From: a bacterium
Lineage (GTDB): Bacteria > Patescibacteriota > Dojkabacteria > JAOAGR01 > JBAXGO01
DNA length: 64,000 nucleotides
Reading direction: 5' to 3'
Assembly: GCA_037139335.1 (NCBI GenBank)
Contig: JBAXGO010000001.1
Coordinates: 4,503 to 68,502 of the forward strand
The notes below the pieces were generated by a model, which saw nothing but the letters and a program-made list of their open reading frames with translations, had not been told where the DNA came from and made no database searches. The translations under genes and the position numbers were made by a program. This document shows positions 62,949 through 64,000 of the stretch, in pieces (the first letter of the stretch is position 1; every line of letters begins with the position of its first letter).

Positions 62949-64000
62949 ATGGATGAGCTTATCAAATTCGACTTTGAAGCCGAAAAATACGTTGCCGCTT
63001 CTGCGCTCATTGATAAAGAGGCGCTGATGGATGCTGTCGATATACTCAAGCCTACTGATTTTCTTGATTTAAAAAATAAGGAAATATATTTTTCCATATT
63101 TAATCTTTTTCAAAAGGATGTTCCTGTTGATTACCTTACAGTTCTAGCAGATCTTAGGAAGCGAAAGGTATTAGCTAAGGTTGGTAGCCAGTATTTGGCG
63201 GATTTGTCTGTTTTGTTACCGACATCTAAAAACGCTAAACATTATGCTAACATTGTAAGAGAATGTAGTATTAGAAGGCAGCTAAACGATTTATCGGCAT
63301 CACTAGCAAATGATAGTAAAGATCCTTCGTTATTGCCACAAGACTTGTTGGAAAGAGCCGAAAAATTAATATTTGAATTAGCTAAAAATAATTCAGATAA
63401 AGGCTTTAAAAGTATAAAAGATCTTTTTATGTCTGCTTATGAAAGAGTAGAGATGTTATCAAAAAACCCAGACTTAATTAGAGGTATACCTACAGGTTTC
63501 GTTGATTTAGATAAAATTCTTGGTGGTATTCATCAATCTGACTTTGTTGTTGTTGGTGCCAGACCTGGTGTGGGTAAGACTGCATTGATGTTGAATATTG
63601 CATCTAATATGGCCGCAAAAGGTAAAAGAAAGGTTGGGTTTTTTTCATTAGAAATGTCGCAAGATCAACTCGTAGATAGAATTATTTCTATGAGAGGAAA
63701 AATCGATTTTTGGAAGATTAGGACTGGCAAAGTAGATAATGATGCTTGGGCAGCGATGTCTGATGTATTTGGTATGTTTGAGGATGGTGACGTGCTTATT
63801 GATGATACGCCTGGTTTGACTATTAGTGATATTAGAACTAAAGCTAGAAAAATGAAACTTGAAAATGGTTTAGATGCTTTATTTATTGATTATTTACAGT
63901 TAATCATTGGAAGTAGCGCTCATAGAGATAGCAATAGGGCTCAGGAAGTTGCTGAAATATCTAGATCCTTGAAAAATCTTGCAAGAGAGCTTAATATACC
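62949..64000 (+). CDS. dnaB: Replicative DNA helicase DnaB, 3'-truncated by window edge
   Basis: Manual translation: EAEKYV, RGIPTGFVDLD, GARPGVGKT, FSLEM, IDYLQL, EISRSLKNLARELN. Confidence 0.95.
   Translation, partial: MDELIKFDFEAEKYVAASALIDKEALMDAVDILKPTDFLDLKNKEIYFSIFNLFQKDVPVDYLTVLADLRKRKVLAKVGSQYLADLSVLLPTSKNAKHYANIVRECSIRRQLNDLSASLANDSKDPSLLPQDLLERAEKLIFELAKNNSDKGFKSIKDLFMSAYERVEMLSKNPDLIRGIPTGFVDLDKILGGIHQSDFVVVGARPGVGKTALMLNIASNMAAKGKRKVGFFSLEMSQDQLVDRIISMRGKIDFWKIRTGKVDNDAWAAMSDVFGMFEDGDVLIDDTPGLTISDIRTKARKMKLENGLDALFIDYLQLIIGSSAHRDSNRAQEVAEISRSLKNLARELNI

Overview
Low-GC bacterial chromosome segment (genetic code 11). Gene content and style point to Patescibacteria/CPR, possibly Dojkabacteria-like (inference). 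Most of the window is housekeeping: pnp, ftsH, polA, mnmA, rpsA, clpC, rho, ndk, secE-nusG-rplKAJL, mreBCD-mrdA, rpsB-tsf-frr, dnaX-ybaB-recR, rpsF-ssb-rpsR, prfA-rpmE, dnaB, the competence genes comEA/comEC/dprA and nine tRNAs. Unusual features are: (1) an array of six VirB2/TrbC-like pilin genes forming three paralog pairs, followed by a degenerate SMC-like membrane protein and a tyrosine recombinase; (2) an rRNA operon that keeps the 16S-Ile-Ala-23S-5S order but is stretched by a ~5 kb spacer holding protein genes (three apparently frameshifted), with what look like three separate promoters; (3) short hairpin insertions in the 16S and 23S, one resembling the GTCATC-type palindromic repeats dispersed in the window; (4) two orphan structured RNA candidates, one with a strong promoter upstream of rho and one 6S-like; (5) several apparent pseudo-enzymes (second MreB, cyclophilin, SMC-like ATPase). 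All calls come from reading sequence motifs by eye; no database searches or folding programs were run.
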